Source: Thermoplasmata archaeon (GTDB lineage: Archaea; Thermoplasmatota; Thermoplasmata; Lutacidiplasmatales; UBA184). Taken from it: 64,000 nucleotides of DNA. The stretch covers positions 68,384 through 132,383 of the forward strand of contig DASRSV010000018.1 of assembly GCA_035656255.1 (NCBI GenBank), given 5' to 3'. Position 1 is the stretch's first letter; every line of letters begins with the position of its first letter. The notes below the pieces were generated by a model that ran no database searches, was not told the origin of the DNA, and saw only the letters and a list, made by a program, of their open reading frames with translations. Below, piece after piece: positions 30,252 to 41,400 of this stretch. The position numbers and the translations under genes were made by a program.

Positions 30252-30794
30252 GTGGCGCGGGGGCTCCTCGTCGGGCGGTTCCAGCCGTTCCATCTCGGGC
30301 ATCTCTCGGTCGTGAAGCACCTGAGGGCGAAGCGGCCGAGGGACGCGTTGATCCTCGGCATCGGGAGCGCGCAGGAGTCGCATACGAGCGACAACCCGTT
30401 CACCGCGGGCGAGCGGCTCGAGATGATCGAGCGGACGGTCGCGGCCGAGAAGCTCGACGGCGTCACCGCGGTCCCGATACCGGACATCCACCGCCACAGC
30501 GTCTGGGTCGCCCACGTCGCTTCCCTCGTCCCCCCCTTCCGACGCGTCTACACGAACAACCCGCTCACCCGCCTGCTCTTCGAGGAGGCGCGGTATCCGG
30601 TCGAGGCCGCGCCGATGTTCGAGCGGGCGAAGTGGCAGGGCGCGACGGTCCGCGCGGCGATGCGGACGGGCCACGCCTGGAAGCGGTACCTTCCCGAGCC
30701 CGTCGCCAGCTACCTCGTCTCGATCGATGCGGAAGGCCGGCTCCAGGCGCTCGCCGCCCGGGACGCCGGGAACCTCCCGGACCCGACGCCATGA
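30252..30794 (+). CDS. nadM: nicotinamide-nucleotide adenylyltransferase, archaeal type
   Basis: GRFQPFHLGH (H/TxGH nucleotidyltransferase motif) and archaeal NMNAT fold. Confidence 0.85.
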   Translation: MARGLLVGRFQPFHLGHLSVVKHLRAKRPRDALILGIGSAQESHTSDNPFTAGERLEMIERTVAAEKLDGVTAVPIPDIHRHSVWVAHVASLVPPFRRVYTNNPLTRLLFEEARYPVEAAPMFERAKWQGATVRAAMRTGHAWKRYLPEPVASYLVSIDAEGRLQALAARDAGNLPDPTP

Positions 30795-32044
30795 CTCCGC
30801 GGGAGGCGGATTCGCCGGAGCCGCGACGGTCGGGCCGTCCCCGATTCGACCCGGTGCCGGAGTGGGCGGGCCTCGGGACCGTGCTCGTCCACGGAGCACG
30901 CCGGCCCGAGCGCAACGCGGCGGCGGTCGTTCCACCGATCTACCAGACGTCCACCTTCCATTACCCCAGCGACTTCTCCGAGGCGCGCGAGGGCGGAGAC
31001 GTCCATCTCTACACCCGACTCGACAATCCGACCCACGAGGTCGCGGCGGAGCTCGTGCGGGCCGCCGAGGGGGGCGAGGCGGCCCGCGTCTTCAGCTCCG
31101 GCATGGGCGCGATCTCCTCCACGGTGCTCGCCTTCGTCCGGCCGGGCGACACGGTCGTCGCGCTGGACGAGCTGTACGGCGGGACCCTGGACCTGCTCCG
31201 AGACACCCTGAGCGGCCTCGGCGTCGGCACGCGCTGGGTGACCGCCGAGGAGGCGCGGGCGCCCGAGGACGTGGTGCAGGGGGCGCCGAAGCTGGTGTAC
31301 GTCGAGAGTCCGACGAACCCCTGCCTCGCGGTCCACGACCTCCGGCGCTGGGCCGAGGCGGCGCACGACGCGGGGGCCCTGTTGGTCGTCGACAACACGT
31401 TCGCCACCCCGGTGAATCAGAACCCGATCGCGCTCGGCGCCGACCTCGTCGTGCACAGCGCCACGAAGTACCTCGGGGGCCACGCGGACCTGATCGCGGG
31501 GGCGGTCGTCGGGACCGAGTCGCTCGTGGACCGGGTGGGCGAGGTAAGCGACAACCTCGGCCCGACCCTCGACCCGTTCGCGGCATTCCTCCTCACGCGC
31601 GGCCTGCGGACGCTCGCGCTGCGCGTCGGGCGCCAGAACGAGAACGGGCGGTCGGTGGTCGCGGCCGTCGCGAAGCATCCCGAGGTCGATCGGGTCGACT
31701 ACCCCGGACGCCGCAGCCCCGAGGACGAACGCCTCGCCGCCGAGCAGATGCGCGGGCGCGGGGGGATGGTGTCGATCACGGTCCGCGGGGGGCGGGCCGC
31801 GGCGGAACGGTTCCTGCACCGACTGAAGCTCGTCCACGTCGCCTCGAGCCTGGGGGGAGTGGAGAGCCTGGCGAGCGTCCCGTCCATCACCTCCCACCGG
31901 CATCTGTCGAACGCGGAACTCGAGCGACGGGGCATCCGCGAGGGACTCGTGCGGATATCGCTCGGCGTCGAGGAACCGTCCGACCTCGTCCGGGACGTGA
32001 CCGAGGCCCTCGACGGGCTTGGGTCCGAGAGCGGCCGCGCGTAG
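30791..32044 (+). CDS. PLP-dependent Cys/Met-metabolism enzyme (cystathionine gamma-synthase/gamma-lyase/methionine gamma-lyase family)
   Basis: SATKYLGGH (PLP-Lys), DNTFATP, SLGGVESL motifs. ATG at 30791 overlaps the nadM stop (ATGA). The track ORF 30632..32044 extends upstream spuriously. Confidence 0.85.
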   Translation: MTPREADSPEPRRSGRPRFDPVPEWAGLGTVLVHGARRPERNAAAVVPPIYQTSTFHYPSDFSEAREGGDVHLYTRLDNPTHEVAAELVRAAEGGEAARVFSSGMGAISSTVLAFVRPGDTVVALDELYGGTLDLLRDTLSGLGVGTRWVTAEEARAPEDVVQGAPKLVYVESPTNPCLAVHDLRRWAEAAHDAGALLVVDNTFATPVNQNPIALGADLVVHSATKYLGGHADLIAGAVVGTESLVDRVGEVSDNLGPTLDPFAAFLLTRGLRTLALRVGRQNENGRSVVAAVAKHPEVDRVDYPGRRSPEDERLAAEQMRGRGGMVSITVRGGRAAAERFLHRLKLVHVASSLGGVESLASVPSITSHRHLSNAELERRGIREGLVRISLGVEEPSDLVRDVTEALDGLGSESGRA

Positions 32045-32047
32045 GGG

Positions 32048-32055
32048 TTATAGAG
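32048..32055 (+). promoter_or_regulatory. TATA-like box (TTATAGAG) upstream of tRNA-Thr
   Basis: AT-rich octamer centred about 29 nt upstream of the tRNA 5' end. Confidence 0.45.
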
Positions 32056-32079
32056 CGCGTCCTTACCGGCGCACTCGGC

Positions 32080-32152
32080 GCCACTGTAGCTCAGCTGGCA
32101 GAGCGGCTGATTCGTAATCAGCAGGTCGGGGGTTCAAGTCCCTCCAGTGGCT
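32080..32152 (+). tRNA. tRNA-Thr (CGU)
   Basis: GCCACTG-TA-GCTC-AGCTGGCA-GAGC-G-GCTGA-TTCGTAA-TCAGC-AGGTC-GGGGG-TTCAAGT-CCCTC-CAGTGGC-T. Anticodon CGT, discriminator U. CCA not encoded. Confidence 0.85.
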
Positions 32153-32231
32153 CACGGTCGTTCGACGCGGGCGCGAGCCGCCTGCAACTCGCGGTCCGAA
32201 ATGTCATGGGCCGCGACATACTCTGCGAGCG

Positions 32232-32714
32232 ATGATCCGGCTTGAGCCCATGACGGCCGAAGAGTTCGACGAATCGCTCCGAGGCGGGATAGCTCGTCGC
32301 GCGGAGGACCAGGTGCGGCACGGGATCTGGTCCCCCGTCGAGGCGGCTCAGATGAGCCGTGCGGAGTTCGCCCAGCTACTTCCCCAGGGGAGAGAGACTG
32401 CCCATTTTCGATTCTCCAAGATCATCGACGCGGGGAGCTGGCAGCGTGTCGGCGAGGGCTGGCACAGTGTCGAGGAGAAGGGCGGGAGGGTCCAATTCTG
32501 GCTCCATTGGATCTGGATCGAACCTCACTACCGCCGGAGAGGATACGCGAAGGCGGTATTCTCAACCCTCGAACGAGAAGCCGTGACCGCCGGAGCCGAC
32601 CGGCTAGGCCTGTACGTCGCGGCGGACAACAAGGAGGCGCTTGCGCTCTACGCCGAACTGGGCTTTCGAACGACCAACATGCGGATGGCGAAGACGCTAC
32701 CCGCCCCTCGCTGA
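32232..32714 (+). CDS. GNAT family N-acetyltransferase
   Basis: WIWIEPHYRRRGYAKAVFSTLEREA...LGLYVAADNKEALALYAELGF, the acetyl-CoA binding motif A region. Confidence 0.75.
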   Translation: MIRLEPMTAEEFDESLRGGIARRAEDQVRHGIWSPVEAAQMSRAEFAQLLPQGRETAHFRFSKIIDAGSWQRVGEGWHSVEEKGGRVQFWLHWIWIEPHYRRRGYAKAVFSTLEREAVTAGADRLGLYVAADNKEALALYAELGFRTTNMRMAKTLPAPR

Positions 32715-32929
32715 GGACGTCGACCCGGCGCCACTTCCCGCCCACCGCTCCAGGATCCCCTCGGGTACCGACTTCCCTCGATCCGACTCGAGTTGGCACC
32801 GGCCACGGCGGTCTCTCCTCTCGTCGTGCTCGCCGACCCGCCACCCGACGAGTGCGCCGCGGGCCGCAGGGCGGCGGACTTTGGAACCCCGCAACCGAGC
32901 TCCCCCCTCGGAGAAAGGCGAGCGCGGGT

Positions 32930-33817
32930 TCACACGGGGGGCTGCTTCCGGCGGACCACGACCTGTCCCCGCGTCCTTGGAGGCGGGCGGATCACATCGA
33001 ATGCGCCGGGCAGTGCCTCCAACAGGTCGCTGAGCTTCGACCGCCCGTAGGTACGCGGGTCGAAGGCCGGGTCGATCTGGAGGAGCGCGTTGCCGAGCTC
33101 CGCGAGATAGGAGGATCCGTCTTCCCCTGCAACGGCGTCGAACGCCTTCTCGATCAGGTCGGCGGCCTCGTGGGGCGGGCGCCGCTCGGGGGTCGGAGCG
33201 CCGTCGACCGCGGGGGTCGCCGGCCGAGCCCGGGGGGCGCGCGGCACCGGGCGCTCCGGTCGGGGCCGGGCGGGCAGGAGGTTCTCGGTCGCCACGAAGA
33301 CATGGCACGCGTTGCGGAACGCGGCCGGCGTTTGGGCGCGCCCGATACCGACCACGAGCATCCCGGACTCTCGGAGACGGGTCGCGAGCCGGGTAAAGTC
33401 GGAATCCGAGGAGACGATGCAGAAGCCGCGCACCCGCCCGCTGTGGAGGATGTCCATGGCGTCGATGATGAGCGCGCTGTCGGTCGCGTTCTTCCCCGAC
33501 ACCGCGACGAACTGCTGGATCGGGACCAAGGCGTGCTCCTGGACAACCGGCTTCCAGGAGCTCAGCTTGCCGGAGGCCCAGTCGCCGTAGACCCTCCGGA
33601 TCTCCACGGACCCGTACTTCGCCGCCTCAACGAGCATCTCGCCGATCAGTCCGGCGGCCGCATTGTCGCCATCGACTAGAAACGCGAGCGGAGTCGTGCG
33701 GGCGGGCGCGAGCGGCTCGACCGACCCCTCGTCGGTTCGTTCACTACCCGCGCGGCGTGATGGGGCGGACACGCATCGCCCCACCGGGAGGCGCTCGTAA
33801 GACTTTGGCCCGGACAA
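32930..33817 (-). CDS. NYN (PIN-like) domain protein with C-terminal OST-HTH/LOTUS domain
   Basis: LAFLVDGDNAAAG...VEIRRVYGDW...IDAMDILHSGRVRGFCIVSSDSDFTRLATRLRESGMLVVGIG is the NYN domain. Then a Pro/Arg-rich linker. Then ADLIEKAFDAV..GEDGSSYLAELGNALLQIDPAFDPRTYGRSKLSDLLEALPGAF, OST-HTH-like. Confidence 0.65.
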   Translation of the reverse strand: MSGPKSYERLPVGRCVSAPSRRAGSERTDEGSVEPLAPARTTPLAFLVDGDNAAAGLIGEMLVEAAKYGSVEIRRVYGDWASGKLSSWKPVVQEHALVPIQQFVAVSGKNATDSALIIDAMDILHSGRVRGFCIVSSDSDFTRLATRLRESGMLVVGIGRAQTPAAFRNACHVFVATENLLPARPRPERPVPRAPRARPATPAVDGAPTPERRPPHEAADLIEKAFDAVAGEDGSSYLAELGNALLQIDPAFDPRTYGRSKLSDLLEALPGAFDVIRPPPRTRGQVVVRRKQPPV

Positions 33818-33974
33818 GTCGGCCGATCCCCCGCCGGCAGTCCGACCGCTCCTGGAGGAGCGAGCCAGGTTCCCCCGGGGTGTAGGCCCGGCGTCCGACG
33901 CTCCCCCGGGGCGGGGGTCGGAGTTCGTGCGCCGCTCTTGCGGCTCCCCGGAGGTTTAAGATGGCCGTTCCGCT

Positions 33975-36900
33975 TTGCCGCCACTTACGTTTTCGAGGGG
34001 CGGCCGACAGGGGCAACCCTCCCTCCGGTGGGGTTCGAACCTTCGCCGAGCCGCGGTAGCGTGGTCGATCATCACTCTCTCCGTCATCGGTTCGCTGACC
34101 GGCAGCGGCCTCGGCGCTTTCGGGCACGGGACGGGCCGATTAGCGCCGACGCCATCCGACCGTTCCCCCCCAGCTTCGGGGTCGACGTTGACCACCGTGC
34201 CCGTGCCGGTGGCGGCTCCGGCGCCCGGAGGAAACGTCGCGCCCAGCGCGAGCGTTCCGGTGAGCTCGGGGCGGGGCACGTTCTTCTCGAGCTACCAGAT
34301 GCCCGCGCCCACTCCCGGCAATCTCACCTGTAGCTACGGAACGAGCTGCTACAACGTATCCAACGAGCCGTCGCTCAACCTGACCCGAACGGGGCTCCTC
34401 GCCGTCGCCTACACCGCGCTCACGAACAACTCCCAGTGCCCACTCATGCGCAGCCAGGCGACGGTGGAAATCGGCTTCTCGGTATCTCGGAATGGCGGCC
34501 TGACGTGGAGCCGCCCCGCCTACCTCGGCAATCCGAACTGTGGGCAGGCTCAGGTGTACGCCAACGCCTGGCAGCCGAGCCTGACGTCCCTCGGCAACGG
34601 AACGCTCGTTCTGGCCTACATCCAGTCGAACTACACATACCGGGCGACGCCCCCCTACGTCGACTGCTACGCGACCACCTTCGACCGGCTCGTGGTCTCC
34701 GAGAGCTTCGACAACGGCTCGCATTGGACCACGCCGACGGGAGTGTACAACATCAGCGACCCCACCCCGAACGGAGTTTGTCCGGTGGGCTTCCCGATCG
34801 AGCGCCCGTGGGTCACCGCCTACGGCCAGACCCTTTACCTGGTGTGGGAGAACCTCACGACGCCCGTCAACGGCGGGCCTGTCGGCTCGAGCGCCGTCCA
34901 CCTCCGGGTCTCCCGGGACGGCGGGACCACGTGGGGGGCGGTCCGTCACCTACCGACGGAGTACGCGTACGACCCGTACGCCGGCCGCTACGTCGGCGAG
35001 GCGATGAATCCGACGATCACGACCGACCCCTCGGGCGCCGTCTTCATCGCCTACGCGACCAACCTTTCGCTCCAACGCAGCTGCTACCTCACGTACTGCC
35101 CGTACTACTGGCACGCGGACGTCGTCGTCGCGAGCTCGACGAACAACGGGAGCTCGCTCAATCTGTCGCGGGTCGACAACACCACGGTCCCCGACCAGAA
35201 TCCGTACGGACCGTTCAGCGACCCGTCGCCCCAACTCGCGTACTCCGCGCGGTTCGGTCAGCTGTATGCCACCTACGACGGCGGCGTCTTCGGCGAGTAC
35301 TGCTACAATTACACTTACAATTACTACTACTACGGGTCCACCTACCACGCCGCGTACCCCAACTGTTACTACGCGGACCGGCCGACCGTATTCTTCGCAA
35401 ACTCGTCGGATGCGGGCCGCACCTGGTCGGTCGCCCACGCCGTCGACCCGACGCTCATCCTGCCGTCGGGGGGACCTCCCGACCGGCTCTATCGGCCCGC
35501 GCTCGCCGTCGACGCCAGCGGTCGGATCCACCTCGAGGCGGCGTTCACGAACGCCTCGGTCTGCGGCCTCGTGCAGTACGCGTACTCGACCTCGTACTAC
35601 TACAATTACACCGTCTGCGGCGCCGAGCAGGAGGAGTACTTTTCGAGCGTCGACAACGGGAGCAGCTTCGTCGGCCCGATCACCGTGGCTTCGAACGCGA
35701 CGCCGTATTCGCAGAGCTCGTACGAATGGGACGGAGAGTACGCGACGATGGTCGCCGGCTACGGCCACGTTTGGCTCGGCTGGGTGAACGACCAGTGCCC
35801 CACGTGGAACTCGAGCGGCTGCTACTACGGGGGCCCGTCGGGTTCGTCCCGGGTCGTGGTCTCTGAGCTCTACACCGGCCCCGGGCTCGCGATCACCTTC
35901 CGGGAGAAAGGGCTCCCGAACGGGACGCTCTGGAGCGCCGAGCTCTTCGGGAACCAGCGGGCGACCGCGGCGCCGGGGACGCTGAGCGTTTCGGGCGTCC
36001 CCCCCGGCGAGTGGCTCACGTGGTCGTCCCCGTGGGTCAATCTGTCGTACGGAGTCAAGTACCAGACATCGCTCAATCCCCCGTCGCCGGGCGCGTTCCA
36101 GGTCAACTCGACCGTCATCGTGACCTTCGACGGTTTCGGACTCCTGAACCTCACCACGTTCCCCGCCCTCGGCTACAATGTCTGGGCGTCGCGCGGGGCG
36201 ACCAACTACAACCTCACTCCGCTCCCGTCCGCGACGTGGCTCCCGCTCGGGCACCGCGTCAACCTCTCCGCGGCGGTGCTCGGGAACCTCTCGACGAGCT
36301 CGGTGTGCAGCTACTATTGCTCGTACTACAACCTGAGCTTCCTATCGTGGACCGGCGCCGGGCCCGGGAGCGTGAATTCGGTTGCGCCCGCTCCGGCGCT
36401 CCACGTCGCAGGCGCGATCAACGAAACCGCGAACTTCCAGTTCGACTCGATCTGTTCGGGGTACAATCGGTCGCTGGGGTACTCCCCGGCCCTCGCGTGC
36501 CTGAACTTCACCTACCCGCTCGTGTTCCACGAGTCCGGACTTCCGGCCGGCACGCCGTGGGCGGTGACCGTCGGCACCAACCTCACGAACGAGAGCACGG
36601 GCCCGTGGCTCGACTTCGAGGTCGGGGTCGGCCCGGTGCCGTTCACGGTCTGGAGCTCTCGCGCCTCGACCCCGAACAACGTCTGGGTCGGCGTGCCGTC
36701 GACGCCGTCGCCGGCCGAGCTCCCGATCGACCGCACGATCAACGTGACGTTCCACGAGGTGGCGCCCGCGAACGCGACGTTCGAGGGCCGGTTCCTCGCG
36801 GTGGGGCTGCCGGCCGGGACGAACTGGTCGGTCACGATCGGGAACCTCTCCTACGGGACCTCGGGACCGCTCCTCGGTCGGAACGTGAGCGGCGGTCCTC

Positions 36901-38489
36901 TCGACATGAACGTCACGCCGATCGTGGGCACGAACGGTACGGGATACTACCCCGCGGGATGGTCGATCGAGCCGTTCGATATCGGGACCTCCCCGATCAA
37001 CGGGAGCTCCGAGCCGTTCGCCTTCTCGCCGAACAGCTCCTTCGCCGTGACGATCGACTTCCGACCGATGTACCTCCTCCGCGTCCTCGCCACGGTCGGG
37101 GGATCGGCCGGCCCGTCCGAGACGTGGGTGCCCTCGGGCGGATCGGTGGTGTTGCACGAGCTGCCGAACGCGGGCTTCCGATTCGGCGGATGGACCGGAG
37201 CCGGCCCCGGGGCGACCACCTCCGCGCAGGCGAACGAGTCGAGCCCTGTGGTCTCGCCGCTCGGGGCGGTGACGGAGACGGCCGAGTTCTACGCGTACGT
37301 TCCCCTCTGGTCGATCGCCGTCCTGGCCGCGGGCCTCCCGACCGGCCAGGGGTTCCCCGTCCAGTTCGGCCCGTCGACCTACTGGCTGCACGTCGGGGAC
37401 CGGTTAGGAGGGATAGCTTCCGGCGACTACCGCGTCGTCTTCCCTCCGGCGTACTCGAACAGCTCGAACGACACACGGTTCGTCGCGACGTCGTGGAGCT
37501 CCTCGTACGGGCGGCTCGCGAACGGGACGCTCGCGATCGGCGCCAACGGCTCGATCGTGGTGACGTTCGGTGCCCAGTTCGCCCTCACCGTCGCCTCGAC
37601 GCCGCACGGGAGCACGTCCCCACCCGCCGGGCGCTACTGGTTCGCCGCGGGGTCGACCGTGACCCTCGGCGCCGCTCCCGACCCGGGAGCGCAGTTCGTC
37701 AGCTGGGCGGGCGGCGGCTCCGGGGCCATCGCGTCCAGCCAACCGTCGATTTCGGTGCTGATGACGGGACCGACCTGGGAGTCCGCCCGGTTCGCGCTCT
37801 CGGGGGGGGCCGCGGGCTCGTTCACGCTCACGGCGACCGAGACCGGCCTCCCTGCGCGGACCACCTGGTCGATCGCCGCCGGCGGGAGCGGCATCGCGGG
37901 GAGCGCGTCGTTCCTCGTCGTGCCCGGGCTCAACGGAACCTACCCGCTCGCCGTACCGGCGGTCTACATCTCTCCCGACGAGCGGTTCGTCGCGCAGGCG
38001 CCCACCTCGGTGCAGGTCACCGCGGACGCGAGCGTGGCCGTGACGTTCACCGAGCAGTTCCGCGTGCAGCTGACCAGCTCCCCCGGTGGCACTGTCGCTC
38101 CCTCCGGCGTCCTCTGGGTCGCCCTCGCCGGCTCGGTCAACGTCCGCGCGCAGCCGAACGCCAGTGCCGCGTTCCTCGGATGGAACGGCACAGGAGTCGC
38201 GGCGTGCTCGAGCGCCTCCCTCGACTGCATCCTGAACGTGACCTCGCCCCTCGTCGTCGTGGCCTCGTTCGGGCCCCACGCCCCGCCCGCCCCTTCAGCG
38301 GCGACCTCCGGCATCGGTTCGGCGACCGTGCCACTGCTCCTCGTGGCGGCCGTCCCGGCCGTCGTCGGGGTCGTGCTGGGGGTCCTCGTCCGACGCGTGC
38401 GCGGTTTCCGACGGGCCTCGCCTGATTCCGAGGTTGGAGCTTCCCCCCCCGGGGAGGAGGTCGAGGCCGATGGCCCACCCGTGGGCTGA
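33975..38489 (+). CDS. giant secreted surface protein: signal/anchor, BNR (Asp-box) beta-propeller, alternating GLPxGTxW and GYxFxGWxG (InlB-B-repeat-like) modules, C-terminal TM anchor
   Basis: 1504 aa. Asp-boxes SVSRNGGLTW, SRDGGTTW, SSDAGRTW, SVDNGSS. Five modules with [F/L]xExGLPxGTxW. Four with F[RV]FxGW[TA]G.G.G. Dozens of N-x-S/T sequons. Tyr/Cys-rich inserts (CYNYTYNYYYYGSTYHAAYPNCYY). C-terminal ATVPLLLVAAVPAVVGVVLGVLVRRVRGFRR. Confidence 0.75.
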   Translation: MPPLTFSRGGRQGQPSLRWGSNLRRAAVAWSIITLSVIGSLTGSGLGAFGHGTGRLAPTPSDRSPPASGSTLTTVPVPVAAPAPGGNVAPSASVPVSSGRGTFFSSYQMPAPTPGNLTCSYGTSCYNVSNEPSLNLTRTGLLAVAYTALTNNSQCPLMRSQATVEIGFSVSRNGGLTWSRPAYLGNPNCGQAQVYANAWQPSLTSLGNGTLVLAYIQSNYTYRATPPYVDCYATTFDRLVVSESFDNGSHWTTPTGVYNISDPTPNGVCPVGFPIERPWVTAYGQTLYLVWENLTTPVNGGPVGSSAVHLRVSRDGGTTWGAVRHLPTEYAYDPYAGRYVGEAMNPTITTDPSGAVFIAYATNLSLQRSCYLTYCPYYWHADVVVASSTNNGSSLNLSRVDNTTVPDQNPYGPFSDPSPQLAYSARFGQLYATYDGGVFGEYCYNYTYNYYYYGSTYHAAYPNCYYADRPTVFFANSSDAGRTWSVAHAVDPTLILPSGGPPDRLYRPALAVDASGRIHLEAAFTNASVCGLVQYAYSTSYYYNYTVCGAEQEEYFSSVDNGSSFVGPITVASNATPYSQSSYEWDGEYATMVAGYGHVWLGWVNDQCPTWNSSGCYYGGPSGSSRVVVSELYTGPGLAITFREKGLPNGTLWSAELFGNQRATAAPGTLSVSGVPPGEWLTWSSPWVNLSYGVKYQTSLNPPSPGAFQVNSTVIVTFDGFGLLNLTTFPALGYNVWASRGATNYNLTPLPSATWLPLGHRVNLSAAVLGNLSTSSVCSYYCSYYNLSFLSWTGAGPGSVNSVAPAPALHVAGAINETANFQFDSICSGYNRSLGYSPALACLNFTYPLVFHESGLPAGTPWAVTVGTNLTNESTGPWLDFEVGVGPVPFTVWSSRASTPNNVWVGVPSTPSPAELPIDRTINVTFHEVAPANATFEGRFLAVGLPAGTNWSVTIGNLSYGTSGPLLGRNVSGGPLDMNVTPIVGTNGTGYYPAGWSIEPFDIGTSPINGSSEPFAFSPNSSFAVTIDFRPMYLLRVLATVGGSAGPSETWVPSGGSVVLHELPNAGFRFGGWTGAGPGATTSAQANESSPVVSPLGAVTETAEFYAYVPLWSIAVLAAGLPTGQGFPVQFGPSTYWLHVGDRLGGIASGDYRVVFPPAYSNSSNDTRFVATSWSSSYGRLANGTLAIGANGSIVVTFGAQFALTVASTPHGSTSPPAGRYWFAAGSTVTLGAAPDPGAQFVSWAGGGSGAIASSQPSISVLMTGPTWESARFALSGGAAGSFTLTATETGLPARTTWSIAAGGSGIAGSASFLVVPGLNGTYPLAVPAVYISPDERFVAQAPTSVQVTADASVAVTFTEQFRVQLTSSPGGTVAPSGVLWVALAGSVNVRAQPNASAAFLGWNGTGVAACSSASLDCILNVTSPLVVVASFGPHAPPAPSAATSGIGSATVPLLLVAAVPAVVGVVLGVLVRRVRGFRRASPDSEVGASPPGEEVEADGPPVG

Positions 38490-41400
38490 TCCCTCCTGTC
38501 CACGCCGGCAAGGTGGTCGCGCGCCCGCGTGGCTTGCCTGCGCGGTCGGGGCACTATCGGTCGCGGTCCTCCTTGCCGTCCCGCCGTCGGACCATGGGAA
38601 TGGCCGGCTCCAGGGTACCCAAGGGCCGGCCGTGCGCGCCACGGTTGAGCCGGCCGTTTCGAACCGGGCCCCCACCGCCCCGTCCGGCTCGATGAATACG
38701 TCGGTCACGGGCGTCTTCTTCGCGAACAACACCTCGTTCGCCGCGCCGGGGGCCGGTCGTCAGTACTGCGTGGTGGGTCCGTCGACCTACTACTACTACC
38801 AGTACGACTACTGCTACCCGCAGGCCCAGAATCCGTCCGTCGTCCGTCTCGCGAACGGCGCGATCGGGGTCGGCTACTCGGTCTACACGAACCGGTCGAC
38901 GACCGCGTGTACGGCCGAGGCATCGCAGACGAACGCCCGGGTGGCGTTCTCCGTCTCCGCGACGAACGGTTCCACGTTCGCCGCCCCCGTCGACATCGGC
39001 AACGGAACATGCCGATTCCTCCAGGCGATCGAGCCGTCGTTCGCCGTCGCGCCCGACGGGACGCTCTATGCGGCGTTCATCGAAGAGAACGCGTCGAGCC
39101 AGGTGTACGGAAACGGCTCGACGCTCCCGGGGGATTTCGCGAACCGGTCGACCGATGCGCTCGCCTTCGTCGTCTCCCGCTCGAACGGGAGCTCGTTCTC
39201 GGCGCCGGTGCCGCTCGACGCGAGCGGGAACCTCGCGCGCCCGATCGTGGCCGCGTTCGGCCGATCCGTGTACGTCCTCTACGAGAACCTCACGAACACC
39301 ACGACCCCGATCCCTTCTGCGGTGAATCCTTCCCCGACGCCGATCGCGCTCCGGCTACTCGCCTCGGCGGACGAGGGGGCGACGTGGTCCGGCCCGTACA
39401 CCCTCCCCGGCCTGAACCGCAGCCAGGGATACACGGCGTTCGCCGGTTCGATGGCGGTCGAGCCGACCGGGAGCGTGGTGGTCGCGTACGCGACGAACCG
39501 GAGCTGCGTCCTCGACTACGTCAGCTACTGCTACCGATACGGCGAGCAGATCGTCGTCGCTGCGTCGACGACGAACGGGTCGACCTGGGGGGTGCCGACG
39601 GTCGTCGGCGCCGGGGTGGGGGAGGCCCGGTGCTTCGACTACGTGAACACCACCTCGGCGTGCCCCCGCTACCTCTTCGAGTGGGCGCCCGAGACGACCG
39701 TGGCGTTCGACCCCGCCGTAGGACGCCTCGTCGTCGCCTGGGCCGGGACGTTCGACCGGCACGCCTCGAACGTGTTCGAGAACTACCTCACGACCGGCGT
39801 CTACGTGGCGATCGCCTCCGCCCCGACCGGTCCGTGGACCGTGACCGCCTCGCATCTCCAGCCGGACCCGAGCAGCCTCGACGACTACTACACGCCGGCC
39901 CTCGGTGTGGTCGCTGGTTCCGTCTATCTCACCTACACCTGGAAGAACGCCACGACGTACTGCTACTCCTACTGCGACTACCTCGACGGGACGATCACCC
40001 AGTGGACGCAGTGGAGCCCGAACGGGCGGAACTGGAGCGCGTCCATCCTCCTCGGGCTGGCGAAGGTCTACGGCTATCCCGTCGCGACCCCCGAGACCTG
40101 GCCCGGGTACCTCGCGTCGGTCGGCGCGACCGCCGCGGGGCGACCGGTGATCGCCTACGCGCTCAACCAACCGGCGACCAGCACCAGCTGGTACTCGAGC
40201 AGCCTGGGAAAGTACCTGTACAACACCAGCTACGCGACCGTCCTCGCGCTCGCCCATCCGTATGTCGGGCGGACCGTGACGCTCAACCTCACGGAGACGG
40301 GCCTTCCCGGGAACGCTTCGTGGACGGTCGCTGTGGACGGCAACAACTTCACCGCGTCCACGCCGACGATCCTGGTAACGGACGTCCCGCCGGCGTCGGG
40401 CGTTCTGCTGCACCAGTTCCCGTTCCCCGCCGCGTACCGGACGATCTCCACCTCGTCCACGAGCACCCCACAGTTCGCGACCTACACCGTGAACGCGACC
40501 GTCCTGGTCGCCTACACCGTCCAGTACGGATTCGCCCTCTCCTTTGAGCCGACCACGATCAGCTACGTCTCCGTCGGGGTGGACGTCGCCGGATACTACT
40601 ACTCGGACTACGAGTCGACGTCGCTCTACAACGGCGTGACCTACCATTCGGACTACGCCTACCCCTCGTTCCCGTGGTACCTCCCCCTCGGTGCGCGGGT
40701 CACCTTCGCACCGTCGTCGACGCCCCCGATCGCGTACTGGAACGGGACGGGACCGGGCGCGTTCAGCGGGCTCGGCGGCTGGGCGAACGTGACGATCGAT
40801 GCCCCGATCAACGAGACCGGCTGGGGTGGAGCGTACGGCCGCTCGTCCGTCACCTTCCAGTCGCTCGGCCTCCCCCCCAGCTCGAACTATACGTTCGGCT
40901 TCCGCGGGACGAACCACACGGCACCCGGCAACGCCTCGGTCGTCGTCGCCAACGTCACGACCGGGGCGTACCCGATCGGTCCAGCGCAGGCGACGGCGCT
41001 CCGCCCGGGTTGGGAGTACTTCGGCCGCGCGTCGGTCGGAGATACCGTCGTGGTACCGGTCGAGCCACTGGTGAACTTCTCCTACGTCCTCGTCGATGTC
41101 GGCGCCCCGGCGGGCCCGGCACGGTTCCACGCGGTCGGCTTGACCGCCGGGACGGTCTGGCGGCTCGGGTTCAACGGCACGACGTACAGCTCGGCCACCC
41201 CCTGGATCAACCTCACGACCCGGCCCGGCACGTTCGACATCGCGCCGCAGCCGGTCGTCGCGGCGAACGGCTCGGCCGGCTATGCTCCGTTCGACCTGGG
41301 ACCGTCGATCAACGTCACGACGGGATCCACCTACAACCTGAGCTTCACCGCGGCCTATCGGGTCGAAGCGACGGCCGGGGTCGGCGGGTCGGTGTCGAAC

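Noticed and set aside
33956-34279. Small ORFs near the start of the first giant gene (33938..34333, 33956..34279)
   Set aside because: Overlap the signal-peptide region of the giant protein in other frames. No support.
34950-41130. Multiple long ORFs in other frames and antisense over the giant surface-protein genes (for example 34950..36254, 36011..38425, 38907..40547, 39355..41130, 40674..42926)
   Set aside because: All are Arg/Gly/Pro-rich junk. The plus-frame giant proteins have coherent domain structure (Asp-boxes, repeated modules, TM anchors).
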